In this document: piece after piece, positions 50,932 to 62,645 of the stretch
Layout: every line of letters begins with the position of its first letter
Numbering within the stretch: the first letter of the stretch is position 1
From: Malacoraja senta
Taxonomy: Eukaryota
Reading direction: 5' to 3'
Length of the DNA stretch: 64,000 nt
NCBI GenBank assembly: GCA_038087875.1
Contig: JAXLNO010000237.1
Coordinates: 1 to 64,000, forward strand
Notes under the pieces: generated by a model
The model's input: the letters and a program-made list of their open reading frames with translations, nothing else
What the model was told of the DNA's origin: nothing
The model's database searches: none
Translations under genes and position numbers: made by a program

Positions 50932-51785
50932 AGCCCCTGTCCCACTTAGGAAACCCGAACGGAAATCTCTGGTGACCTTGCGCCCCACCCAAGGTTTCCA
51001 TGAGTCGCCAGAGGTTTTGGTCACTCGCCTGGAAAGCCTCGACCGAAGCGCGAGCTGCATCTACTGACCAAAGATCCTACAGGATCTTTGCTACCGACTG
51101 CACACACACACATACAAACACATTGCAAAGGTGGGGGCCAGGGACAGCGGAGGGGCGCTGTCTGTGAGATGAAGAGGAAGGTAAACGGCTGCCACAGAGC
51201 ACGGTAAGTCCTTTAGAGAGCGCGGGAGGGAGGGAGAGAAGGGGAGAGAAGGGCAGAGAGAAGGGGAGAGAGAAGGGGAGAGAGGGGAGAGAGAAGGGGA
51301 GAGAGAAGGGGAGAGAGAAGGAGAGAGAATGGGGAGAGAAGGGGGGAGAAAGGGTGGGAAATGGGGAGAGAAGGGGGGAGAAGGAGTCGAGACATTTTTA
51401 AGAAGTTTAATAAAGTTAGCGGGCATTTTACCTTCCGGCGAATCTTCTAGGTCCTGAAAACCAAAGATCCTTTAGGACCTTTGCTGAAAACTCCAATGAG
51501 CCAATCAAAATGGCCGGTCAGCGAAGGAGATTGCCTTCGACTGCCTGTAAGTAAATAGCAACCCCACTCCACTGGCTTCGACCAAACGGCAACCTATTTT
51601 TAGTCGAGGCCGGTTTTGAATTTGTTGAAATAATCGCAGGAACACGGAAGAAGCCTCGACTACGCGGAAACCACTTTTGACCATTAGTGAGAGTGACCAA
51701 TACCTCCGGGAACCTCATGGAAACCTTGGGTGGGGCGCAAGGTCACCAGAGGTTTCCGTTCAGGTTTCCTAAGTGGGACAGGGGT
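50932..51785. mobile_element. PIF/Harbinger-like MITE
   Basis: About 100-bp TIRs (CCCCTGTCCCACTTAGGAAACC / GGTTTCCTAAGTGGGACAGGGG), TAA flanks, internal GA-rich repeat at 51225-51380. Confidence 0.85.
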
Positions 51786-52329
51786 TAAATCTCACAATTA
51801 AAAAATCTTGCTGTTTGCAGGATTTTCACAATCAGCATGAGTATGATCTAACACCTAAAAAAACAGAATAATTTCCAGGCTAATTTGAAACAAACAATTT
51901 GAATTTCAGGAAAGTCTCAACCCAAAACATCACCCATTCCTTCTCTCCAGAGATGCTGCCTGTCCCACTGAGTTACTCCAGCTTTTTGTGTCCAATTAAG
52001 TCCAATTGATTCACAGACTGGTCAGCTGATTTTTTTTTCCACTTAGAAACATTTTATGTCCTGCAATTTCTTTCAATATACATAGCTAATGCTACAGACT
52101 TTTGCTTCTGCCCATTTATTTTCAAATTAAAGTATAGTCATGTGAATATTGTGTGATTGGTAGAATCTGTCACACCAGATTATTTTGATGAAGATCTGTC
52201 ATTTTGTAGTTACTTTCTCTCAACCTTTTTGTCTCTGTATAATCTGACTATTCTTCTTCAAGTTAAGGACACAAAGTGGAGACCAGTCTGAAACATCACC
52301 AATTCATGTTCTCCAGTGATGCTGCCTAA

Positions 52330-53139
52330 AGGGCCTGTCCCACTTTGCGATTTTATGGGTGACGACGGCCATCAGTGACTGATGCCTGATGTCGCCTGAA
52401 AACCGTCAAGTAGTAGGACAGGATGCGTCAAGGTACGTCACTCCGCATCACCATGCGTCACCAATTTCCACGTGTCACCGTGCGTCACCATAGGACAGCA
52501 TGCGACAGCATACGGCAGCATAGGACAGGGCATGCGTCACCGTGCGTCACCATAGGACAGGGCATGCGTCACCGTGCGTCACCATAGGACAGGGCATGCG
52601 TCACCGTGCGTCACCATAGGACAGCATGCGACAGCATACGGCAGCATAGGACAGCACCTGTGATGTCACAGCTGTCAAGCGGCGTCAATGTACGTCCACC
52701 CGCGACACGATACGGCAAGATACGACTGGTTGCGTCATCTGAGGCGCGTGACGTCATTTGATAAACCAGCTTCCCTATAAAAGGGGACGCGCCGCGACGC
52801 ATCTTGACGCATCATGACGCACGACGACGTACGGGTGACGCGTGGTGATGCACGGTGACGCAAAATAAATGAGCATAGGCAATGACCGTGCGTCACCATG
52901 CGTCACCACGCATCACCACGCCTCACCCGTACGTCATCGTGCGAAAGGGCCAAACGACATGATAAGACATGCAGATGTCGCGCGAGGATTTTGAACATTC
53001 CAAAATCCTGGGGCGGCAGGGAGACACCGCACATTACCGCACGTCACTACATGCGTCACCTCGCGTCACGGCCCGACCACGACGTGACAACCTCTTGTTA
53101 GGCTGTCGCCTAAAATGTCGCCCAAATGGGACAGGCCCT
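52330..53139. mobile_element. PIF/Harbinger-like MITE inserted in a Penelope-derived fragment
   Basis: TIR AGGGCCTGTCCCA / TGGGACAGGCCCT; TAA/TGA flanks; host repeat resumes on both sides; internal 32-bp tandem repeats. Confidence 0.85.
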
Positions 53140-53774
53140 TGAGCTGCTAAGTTACTCCAGCACTTTGTGTCCTTTTGTTTATTAACAGGATCTGCAGTTC
53201 CTTGTTTCTACTTCTTCAAGATATATATATTTTTAGCCTAATCATTAGCAATGTAAGACGAGCATTGTCCCTCCAGCTAGGCTGCTCCTTGCAGAAACAC
53301 TTTGCCTTCCTTCCTTTCAAAGCTGCTTTCTCTGGTCTCTTCCTTCACCCAGTCTTTACCTGATGGAAGGATAGGGATACAAAAGCCATAACAGAGAGCA
53401 AAATGTTTACAAGACAAATTGTAGGCTATGTCAGCCAACCACAAGCAGAGAGGCGTACGTTATTTATTTCTGTTCGGGGAAAGTGGAACTGAGGCTGGAA
53501 GGTGGATTCAACAAAATGGAGCAAAATAAGAATATATCAACGATGATTTGGAAATGAGAGCCACAGTCCCTGGGAGGAAGATCACATCAAACATGGAGCA
53601 TGGTTAGACATTGAAAACATTGCGAACCTATTGTGTCTGTACACCTCAGTCAAATTATCAGCTCTCAAATCAATGTAATAGATTAATCTCACCAATTTAT
53701 TTGCCTCAGGCACTGATCTTCTGTATAACTTAATAACCAGATATCCAGCAAATACTCGTAGAGAGAGAGAGAGA

Positions 53775-54065
53775 CGCAGAGCACAGAAACAAGCTCTTTG
53801 GCCCACTGAGCCATCTAGTTCTTTCTATTTTATTCTCCCCACACTCCTATCAACTCGCACCCAGGTTTTACCAATCACTTACACAGTGCGGGCAATTAAC
53901 CAAAGCATATGTCTTTGGGATTTGGGAGTAAGCCGAGCATGGATAAAACATCTGTGGTCCCAGGGAGGACATGCAAACATGTCACAGAAGGCAACAGTGA
54001 GCAGGACTGAACCTAGTTCACTGGAGCTGTGAAGTAGTAGCTCCAGCAGCTGCGCCACTGCACTG
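53775..54065 (-). mobile_element. Diverged tRNA-derived SINE
   Basis: Weak but collinear similarity to the other SINE copies. Confidence 0.6.
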
Positions 54066-54789
54066 TCTCACTGCATTATCATGGCGAATACTGAATTATG
54101 ACAGATGGTAAATGGCTACGGTGTGACTCAAAGGGCAGCATTCTCATTCCAAGTCAGAAGGTCCACTGGTGTGCAGTTTACAGTGACACATCTTATTCGC
54201 ATCTAATGGAAGAAGCCATTACATAAGATATTGATGGGATCAGCTCACCTGCAATGATGGATCAGAAATCTGATCATTGTTCAGGTAAATGCTCTTATAT
54301 TTTTAGTGCAGGGAGCTGGTGAGGTTTAGCGGGGTGGGTGGGGGAAATCGCTGGCCTATTGCAAATTTCCCTTCAGTTAATTATCATTGTAACCATTGTC
54401 TGCTGGCTATTGATGGGGAATCAGGGTGCTTGTTCCCATAGCTCATCTCAACCCAGACTGCATGGTGGAGTTCTATCACTTCATATGTTACTGCTACCAT
54501 GGCACATGGCGCATGTTTGTATATTGCTTGTTAATCTGTGAAAATAGCACAAACCAGCCATTTACATACATAATGCTTTTCAAGAGATGTAGCTACAAAA
54601 GTCATTCCATCAGCCTACTGGAGAAAACCACCATAGGTCCCATATGCAATGCTATTTTTAAATTAATTTTCACGTGCATGCAATTTACTGCCCCATTAGC
54701 CATTAATTATTTATTATTTAAATTGCCACAAACAATTATCACTACAAATTATTTGCATTAACCATTTAATAAAGAAGTGATAGTTATGG

Positions 54790-55112
54790 TATTGAACAAT
54801 TGTAAATGTGTGGTGAAGTAGGCATATGGCATGCTTGCTTTCATTGGATGGGGCATTGAGCATAAGAGTTGGCAGATCATCTTATAGCTGAAGAAGGCAC
54901 AGGTGAGATTGCAACTGCAATATTGTGTGTAGTACTATAGAAATGACATGATTAAGCTGGAAAGGGTGCAAGGGTGCAAAAAAAATTGATAAGGATGTTG
55001 TTGAGACTGAGTTAAAAGGAGAAAATGGACAGACTGGACTAGCTCAGACACACACCACAATCAGCTGGATAAGTTGGGCCGTAAGGCATATTTCCATGCT
55101 AAATAACTCTAT
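54790..55112 (+). mobile_element. Highly degraded CR1 fragment
   Basis: AYGMLAFIG.GIEHKS remnant plus CR1 3' tail. Confidence 0.65.
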
Positions 55113-55481
55113 AGTTTGTTAACCAGCTTCAACTTGGCAGAGAGGGCTAATTCATTCACTTCATAGCCTGTGGAAATTCTAATTAAAGGTATTAAAGCAA
55201 ACTCCTATTTATTCAGAAATGGATGACATGAGACAATTTGGCAAGACAACTATTAGCATCATTTACCCTTGGAATATGCCGTGTAATAAATTGAGAAGTT
55301 TCTTAATGAGGGATTTGAGACAGTTCTGGATTATCCGATTACTTAATATATGCTGGTCTGTTTAATTAAGCCCCGTAGTCTCATATCTCCTTGTATTTTT
55401 CCCATTATCTTTCTGCTTGGGTACTATTTCTTCCCCTTTCCATTTCTCTCAGATCTTTTCCCCACTATTCTCCTATCCCTT

Positions 55482-56366
55482 GGATCTTGGATGCAACTCA
55501 ACTTCCTTAAATTAAACAGTAACAAAACAGAATTTCTCCTCATTGGCTCCAAATCAACACTTACCAAAATTAACAACCCCACTCTCACTATTGACGGCAC
55601 CATTGTCTCCCCATCTCCTCAGGCCCGCAACCTTGGCGTGATCTTTGACTCAACCCTCTCCCTTGAGCCTCACATCCGCCATGTTGTCAAAACATCATTT
55701 TTTCACCTCCGCAACATTGCCAAAATCAGACCCTCTCTCACACCCCCCGCTGCTGAAAGACTCATCCATGCCTTCATCTCCTCCCGACTGGACTACTGTA
55801 ACTCTCTTCTCTTTGGCATTAATTCCAACAACATCAACCGACTCCAACTGGTCCAGAATGCAGCCGTCCGACTCATCACCCACACCAAATCCTGGCACCA
55901 CATCACCCCAGTTCTCAAAGAACTTCACTGGCTTCCCATTTCCCACCGGATCAGCTACAAAATCCTGGTCCTCACCTACAAAGCCCTCAACCACTTGCCC
56001 CCCCTTATCTCACTGACCTCCTCTCCCCCTACCAACCCTCACGGTCCCTCAGATCCACATCAGCCAGTCTCCTCTCCATTCCAAAATCCAACCTCTGCAC
56101 TTTTGGAAACAGAGCCTTCTCCAGGGCAGCTCCCAGGCTCTGGAACTCCCTCCCACAACTGATCCGAAATTCTGAGTCCCTCACCATCCTCCAGTCCCGC
56201 CTCAAGACCCATCTCTTCACCTCTGCATACCCTTAGTCCCATGTCCCCCTCCCCTTTGCATCTCTGTCTTACTGCTCTATTTTATTTTGTTCTTGACTCT
56301 CCATGTAAAGCGACTTTGAGTCCTTGAAAAGCACTATATAAATAAAATGTATTATTATTATTATTA
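55482..56366 (+). mobile_element. L2-clade LINE 3' fragment
   Basis: WMQLNFLKLNSNKTE, ARNLGVIFD, HAFISSRLDYCNSLL, LQLVQNAA, HITPVLKELHWLPI; tail AAATAAAATG(TAT)n. Confidence 0.9.
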
Positions 56367-56999
56367 CCCCGTCACTTAATAGTTTATATATCAGACAATT
56401 GGTTGCTAAAGTTTTCTCATCATCTGCGCAGATGTGTTTTTGCTGTGGTGAAGTGATTTTTTTTTTGAGTTAAGCTTCAGTGAACCTTCTTCCTGTTTGA
56501 AATTAATGGTCCAAACCTCCAGTGAAGAAGCTTGCCAGACAGAATTACATTTGAGTCTCAATTTCTGACACATTGCCAGCTCATTCTGCACTCATTCATT
56601 CTTAATCACTGGAACTGAACAACAAGCTGGAACCTCAGATCTGATCATAGCTGGGTGTTACATAGCACATGGCACATTCATTCCATTATTTCAAACCTTT
56701 ATTTTTTGTAAGGGCATTATTCTGGAACTGATTAGGCTTCCACTCCCTATTGTTAATCCCTGACGGAATTGGGAAAGTGTGTGCTTGGCTTGTGCTTAGT
56801 TTATTCATAGGAAGTGTAGTCACATGTGGTTATGGTGTGCATTTATTCATTTACATTGCCGTGTGGGGGAAAAGAGCCATAATATGAAAAAGCAAAGAAA
56901 TATTTGCAATTATATCGGGTTTCAGGAGTTAAAAAATTCCTAAATGGCTCGACAGTGTAGGCAAAAGTACAGTTATGCACAAAGAAATTGTAGTGGTGT

Positions 57000-57314
57000 T
57001 CACACTCACACACATGGGCACTGTGGTGATGCTCACTCTCTCTCTCTCACACACACATATACATAAGGGCAGTGTGATGCTCCTCGCTCTCTCACACACA
57101 CACACACTCACAAGGGCAACATAATAATCTTCACACACACACACGAAGGGCAGCATGATGCTGCTCCCACACACACGCATTCACAAAGGGCAGTATGGTG
57201 ATGCTCACTCACACATTCACGTGTGCAGTGTAATGATCCTCATACTTACACACACGCATGCACGCGTACAGATGGTGTGATGATTCCCACACTCACACAC
57301 ACACACGGGCAGTA

Positions 57315-57380
<66 letters not shown>
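57000..57380. repeat. Degenerate CA-rich minisatellite ending in a pure (CA)n tract (57316-57378)
   Basis: Repeated (CA)n-AAGGGCAG..TGATGCT units. Confidence 0.85.
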
Positions 57381-57381
<1 letters not shown>

Positions 57382-59117
57382 TGCCCCAGACAATGAACAG
57401 TTTTCAGACAATGTTTTCTGAGGCGCCAACCCCTCTTACCTTTCCCCCATCCCTCAGCCCCCCTCTCCCTTTCCCACCACACTCACCCCCCAGAAACCCT
57501 GAGTCTCAGAGACATTTAAGAACATTTCAGATAGACTTAAACAATGAAGGTGAAAAAAAAGTAAAATATATTTAATTAGAAAAACTAATAAATAAATCTG
57601 ATAAATACTGATAAATAAAGCTCAGGGCCGGATGCATGCTGTATCAGGACTTTCTCTCCGGCAGATAGTTGTTCCCTTGCTGAACTCAGTGGTGAATCGA
57701 GCTGCGGAGAGCGGATGGCATAACTGAGATGAGTCTGATTTTCAGCTTGTCTCCACCTTCTGCTGAGTGGTGCGGATTCATGAATGAAACTTGGCAATAA
57801 GTGGTGTTCATCAGTTTAATTTGGTCCCAAGGGTAACATGCTGGATGGCTGCCAAGTCAACCCATTGTACTTTATTTGGATTTTGCCCAGAGTTCACACA
57901 TTTATATCTCTCTCCTGACAAGAATGAAATATTTAGGGGTTAAAATGCTCCCAGTGACCTCGTCACACGGGTGGGTCTTTTGCAAGATAAACCATTTTAA
58001 CAAACCATTTAAGTTCTCAACCAGGAGAATGAGGGCCTCATTGAAATGTGACACAGTCACTTATTCACTGACTATTTGTTTTGAACCTTGACATTGATAG
58101 GAATATCGGGTGTGAAGTAGTGTTAGATCCGGAGAAGAGAATTTCAAAGTAAGTAAATCTTCATAAATATTTATTTTGTAAGTAAGGTAATATATTGTTT
58201 TTTGATTTAATGTCAGAAGGAAATCCAGCTGCCACACACGTGCAAATGTACATTAAATTATAGCAATTTTTTGGTGCAGAAATCTATGTCACATACCTAG
58301 CCTAATCTCACCTACCAACTCTGGAGTCATGGTACTTCCATCCAAGTATTTTTTTTTAAATGTTTTTGAGTGTTTCTGCTTCTTCCATCCTTTCAGGCAA
58401 GGAATTCCAACCCTAACACCTTCTGATGAAAATATGCTTCCTCATCTTTCCTCTACTCCTTCCACACATCAGTATAATTGTTGGCCTCCTGGTTTTTGGC
58501 CCTCCGGATACTGGCCATTACCTCAATTTGACAAAGAAAGCTCACCCCTTGCAAGGTCCACACATCCAGATTTGCTTTCGTAATGACGAATGTACAGGCA
58601 TTCATATTCGATGAGCTGAGGCCAGTTATGGAGTGGGCATTTGTCTACATTCCTAATGCCAGGAAGGTGGCAGAGGTTCTTAGAGACCAGTTCAGCTCTT
58701 TGCTTGAATCTCTACTGAAACAGCACCTGACATAATAGAGAAACAAGGAACTGCAGATGTTGGTTTATACTAAAGATACCCAGCCTGGCCCACTGAATTA
58801 CTCCAGCACTTTGTGTCTATCTACCTGATATAATAGACTATGTTTTGCTAGTGACGTCTTCACTTGGCTACAAGGTTTCCTGCAATGATTTTTACACTGC
58901 CCTTTTAGTGTTGACTTTGCAGTTCCCCATTTTATGAGGCCGTTGTATATATTGGCTTGAACATATGGTTGTTTAGGTAATGGCAGTTCTTCTTCCATTG
59001 GCTGTAGATTGTCTCTTGCGTAGAATCCTGTGGTAAGGGAATCATTTAAAGTAAACTCCAAACTTTGTGTATTCTGAGAATCCAACCCATATGTTGACTA
59101 AAATTAATGTTTCTTAA

Positions 59118-59420
59118 TTTAGTTTAGAGATACAGCATGGAAACAAGTCCTTCATCCCACCGTGCACACTCAGAATCGATCATCTGTTCACAGTGATTCT
59201 ACGGTATCCCACTTTTTCATACAGTCCCTGCACACTAAGGGCAATTTTACAGAGGCCAACTAACCTAAAAACCTGTACGTCTTTGGGATGTAGGAGGAAA
59301 CCGGGGTAACCAGAGAAAACCCACACATCACAGGGACAACGTGCAAACTCCACCCAGACAGCACCCAATGTCAGGATTGAACTTGGGTCTCTGACACTGT
59401 GAGGCAGCAGCTGCTACCAA
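59118..59420 (-). mobile_element. tRNA-derived SINE (HE1-like)
   Basis: Homologous to 740-1043. Confidence 0.8.
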
Positions 59421-59464
59421 TATTTCTAACATGGTTTCAATCCGAGCCAACCTGCCCTATAACC

Positions 59465-59655
59465 TTGGAATAACTCAGCGGGTCAGGCAGCATCTGTGGA
59501 GGGAATGGACAGATGATGTTTTGGGTCAGATTGAAGAAGGGTCCCAACCTGAAATGTTATCTATCCATCCCCTCCACAGATGCTGCCAAAGTTGTTGAGT
59601 TCCTCTGGCACTTTGTGTTTTGTTTGAGATTCCAGCTTTTACAGTTCCTCGTATC
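59465..59655. mobile_element. Penelope-derived hairpin element
   Basis: Inverted arms around TTGAAGAAGGGTCCCAACCTGAAA. Confidence 0.75.
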
Positions 59656-59857
59656 TCTGGCTCTTTAACCTTGGCAACTCTCCAAGGTTCATCAATTCTG
59701 GCTTCGAGTGCTTCACCAGTTCCTTCACTGTGGTGGTGCCTTCATGCCCTCAGACCATACACCCCTGAATTCCCATCTGCTTTCCACATCCACTCTCCCA
59801 AGGACATAAGCGATTGGAGTAGAATTAAGCTATTCGGCCCATCAAGTCTACTCCGCT

Positions 59858-60012
59858 GTGTTTAAGAAAGAACTGCAGATGCTGGAAAAATCGAAGGTAG
59901 ACATAAATGCTGGAGAAACTCAGCAGGTGAGGCAGCATCTATGAAACCTGAAACATCGCCTATTCCTTCGCTCCATAGATGCTGCCTCACCCGCTGAGTT
60001 TATCCAACATTT
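59858..60012. mobile_element. Penelope-derived hairpin element inside a CR1 tail
   Basis: TSD AAGTCTACTCCGCT (59844-59857 and 60013-60026). Confidence 0.8.
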
Positions 60013-60244
60013 AAGTCTACTCCGCTATTCATTCATGACTGGTCTATCTCTCCCTCCTAACCTCATTCTCCTGCCTTCTCTCCTGACACCATAACCATCC
60101 TAGTTTCTTAAACTCGATCAGTGGCAAATGTAGCTCAATAATCCTCTTGCTATTTCAATGCAGGGTGATGATTATATGGAGTGTGATTGAGATGGGAAAA
60201 AGCACGTTGATCACGAATACAAAAGCTTGGGACTTTTCCCGTGT

Positions 60245-60750
60245 TGTGTGCGCGCGCCCTTCATTATCTGTGTGTGTGCGCGCGCGCTGCTGCTCTTCCT
60301 TTGTGTGCGCGGGCACGAGCATCGCTGCATTGTCTTTGTGTCACTGTGTGTGCGCGGGCACGAGCACCGCTGCATTGTCAGTGTGTGTGTGCGCGGGCAC
60401 GAGCACCGCTGCATTGTCACTGTGTGTGTGTGCGCGGGCACGAGCACCGCTGCATTGTCACTGTGTGTGTGCGCAGGCACGAGCACCGCTGCGTTGTCTT
60501 TGTGTATGTGCGCGGGCACGAGCACCGCTGCGTTGTCTTTGTGTGTGTGCGCAGGCACGAGCACCGCTGCATTGTCTTTGTGTGTGAGCGCGGGCACGCG
60601 AGGCGCTGCAATGTCTTTGTGTGTGAGCGCGGACACGAGCACAGCTGCAATGTCTTTGTGTGTGCTGTGCGCGGGCACGCGAGCCAATGCATTGCCATGG
60701 TGCCATTGCTCTGTCCACTGTGCTGTCCTCGTGAGCGCGCGCGCGCGCGC
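60245..60750. repeat. CpG-rich minisatellite, about 36-40 bp unit
   Basis: About 10 copies of (GT)nGCGCGGGCACGAGCACCGCTGCATTGTC; explains the overlapping Cys/Ala/His-rich ORFs. Confidence 0.9.
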
Positions 60751-61732
60751 GACCTCTTCCCTTTGAGTCGCCTCCACACATCCTCCACTTCAAAGTAATT
60801 TTAATTTGAAACTCCTGGAGGTGACTGGCGTGTTGACTTTGTTGAAAGAGGCCAGTAGCAAAGTGTTTGTCGTCTCCCTACAGCAGCGCATCAGGGCAAA
60901 CCCATCTTTCCATCATTTGCGGTAAAACAACACCTTCCACAAAGGTAATTGCGCAAATTAAACAAACACAGATGCTCCATAGTTTGCGTTCTTCAGGGCT
61001 TTGTAACAACAGCTGGACTGAGGCTCCACAGGTACAGGCATTGCCAAGTGGGGGGAGTTTGGGGGGGGGGGTCACACTGCCAGGAAATGAGTCATCTTTT
61101 CCAAATACTGGAAGGCATTTTGTATTTAGAGTAAGGAATTAATACCACCTCTCTGCAGGCGTGCAAACACACAGGCCCTTTCATAGCATGTTCAATCTCC
61201 TGCAGCCACAGAGTTGCTGCACTTGAATTTGCCCTTCGTAGTTTATGCTGTTTATATTGAGAGACAGTGTTTACGGTGACAACGTATTATAGGTGAGAGT
61301 AGCTCTCTGTGAAGAGAGATGTTCATGTTGATTCAATTCAATGATACTTTATTGTCACGTGCCTAGGTACCGTGAAATATAGACTCAGTGGGCTGTTCTA
61401 TCCATTCTGTACCAACCAGAGGATTGTGCTTAATATGTACAGTGATCGTCTTGCTAAGCTGTATGCAAAAAAAAATGAAGGTTGATGTTTATGGTGAGGT
61501 GCATTGTTTATAGAGAAAGGTTTGTTTATGGTTTTTGGAAGTTATTGTGGTTATAGAAATAGACAAAAATGCTGGAGAAACTCAGCGGGTGAGGCAGCAT
61601 TTATGGAGCGAAGGAAATAGGCGACGTTTTGGGTCGAGACCCTTCTTCAGAAATGATTATAGAAATAAAATGATTATAGAAATGATTTCTTTATCACGCG
61701 CACTAAGGTACAGTGAAATAGTTTTGCATACA

Positions 61733-62064
61733 AAATGTGTAAGAAGGAACTGCAGATGCTGGTTTAAACCGCTGTGGTGGATGTTTATGTTAACTTTTAT
61801 GTAGTTGTGTGCCTTGTTGGCTTTTTTAGTACGGCTGTATGGTAATACGAATATCACTGTACCTTAATTGGTACACGTGACAATAAAAGACCTTTGAAAC
61901 CGAAGATAGACACAAAATGCTGGAGTAACTCAGCGGGACAGACAGGAATGGGTGATGTTTCAGGTCGAATCTGAAGAAGGGTCTCGACCCGAAATGTCAC
62001 CCATTCCTTCTCTTTAGAGATGCTGCCTGTCCCGCTGAGTTACTCCAGCTTATTGTGTCTATCT
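61733..62064. mobile_element. Penelope-derived hairpin element containing a Rex-tailed insert (about 61772-61896)
   Basis: TSD TAGTTTTGCATACA (61719-61732 and 62065-62078); inner insert flanked by AAACCG and closely matching 25690-25810. Confidence 0.8.
61971..62002 (+). ncRNA. Minimal hammerhead-ribozyme-like motif
   Basis: CUGAAGA-A-GGGUC-UC-GACCC-GAAA-UG-UC-ACCC; stem I weak. Confidence 0.55.
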
Positions 62065-62645
62065 TAGTTTTGCATACAGCTCAGCAAGACTATCACTGTG
62101 CATAAGCACAATCCCCCGGTTAGTACAGAAGATACAGAACAGCTCACTGAGCCAAATGCAAGAGGTGCCTTTTTGGAGCCACATTTTACAGTCCCAGCTG
62201 CATCTGGCCACAAAGGCCCATTGTAGCCGTCGCCTCCATTCCGGTTGCCCCGTGAATAGTCGTCCCCTCTCCTTGCATGGCCCTCTTCAGCCCTTTATTC
62301 CCTGGGGGACACCTCTCGCCGCTGACCTTGAGGGTGCGGAAGGTAAGCCCCCCCCCCCTCCAAGTTCCTACTGGGCCTTCTGTCCAGCATCCGCAGCTGT
62401 CTCCCTCCATCCTCCTCCCCGCTGCTTTGCTCTACAAGCGGGTTCACAGTTCCACAGCAGGCGAGGCCGGCCTGCCATTGGGATATGGAGTAACTCGCAG
62501 CTCGTTGGGAGTCCTTCTAGCCACATGCGGCTCGCTGGAGAATGTAGATATAAAGAACTGCAGATGTTGGTTAATACACAAAAGGACACACAGTGCTGGA
62601 GTAACTCAGCAGGTCAAGCAGCATCTCTGGAGAAAATGGATAGGT

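Noticed and set aside
60300..60700. Regularly spaced repeats resembling a CRISPR array
   Set aside because: No unique spacers, vertebrate context, no cas genes; a simple tandem repeat (the same applies to 52480-52650 and 8931-9040)
60147..60798. Several overlapping 110-190 aa Cys/Ala/His-rich ORFs
   Set aside because: Products of a stop-free minisatellite; open in most frames on both strands
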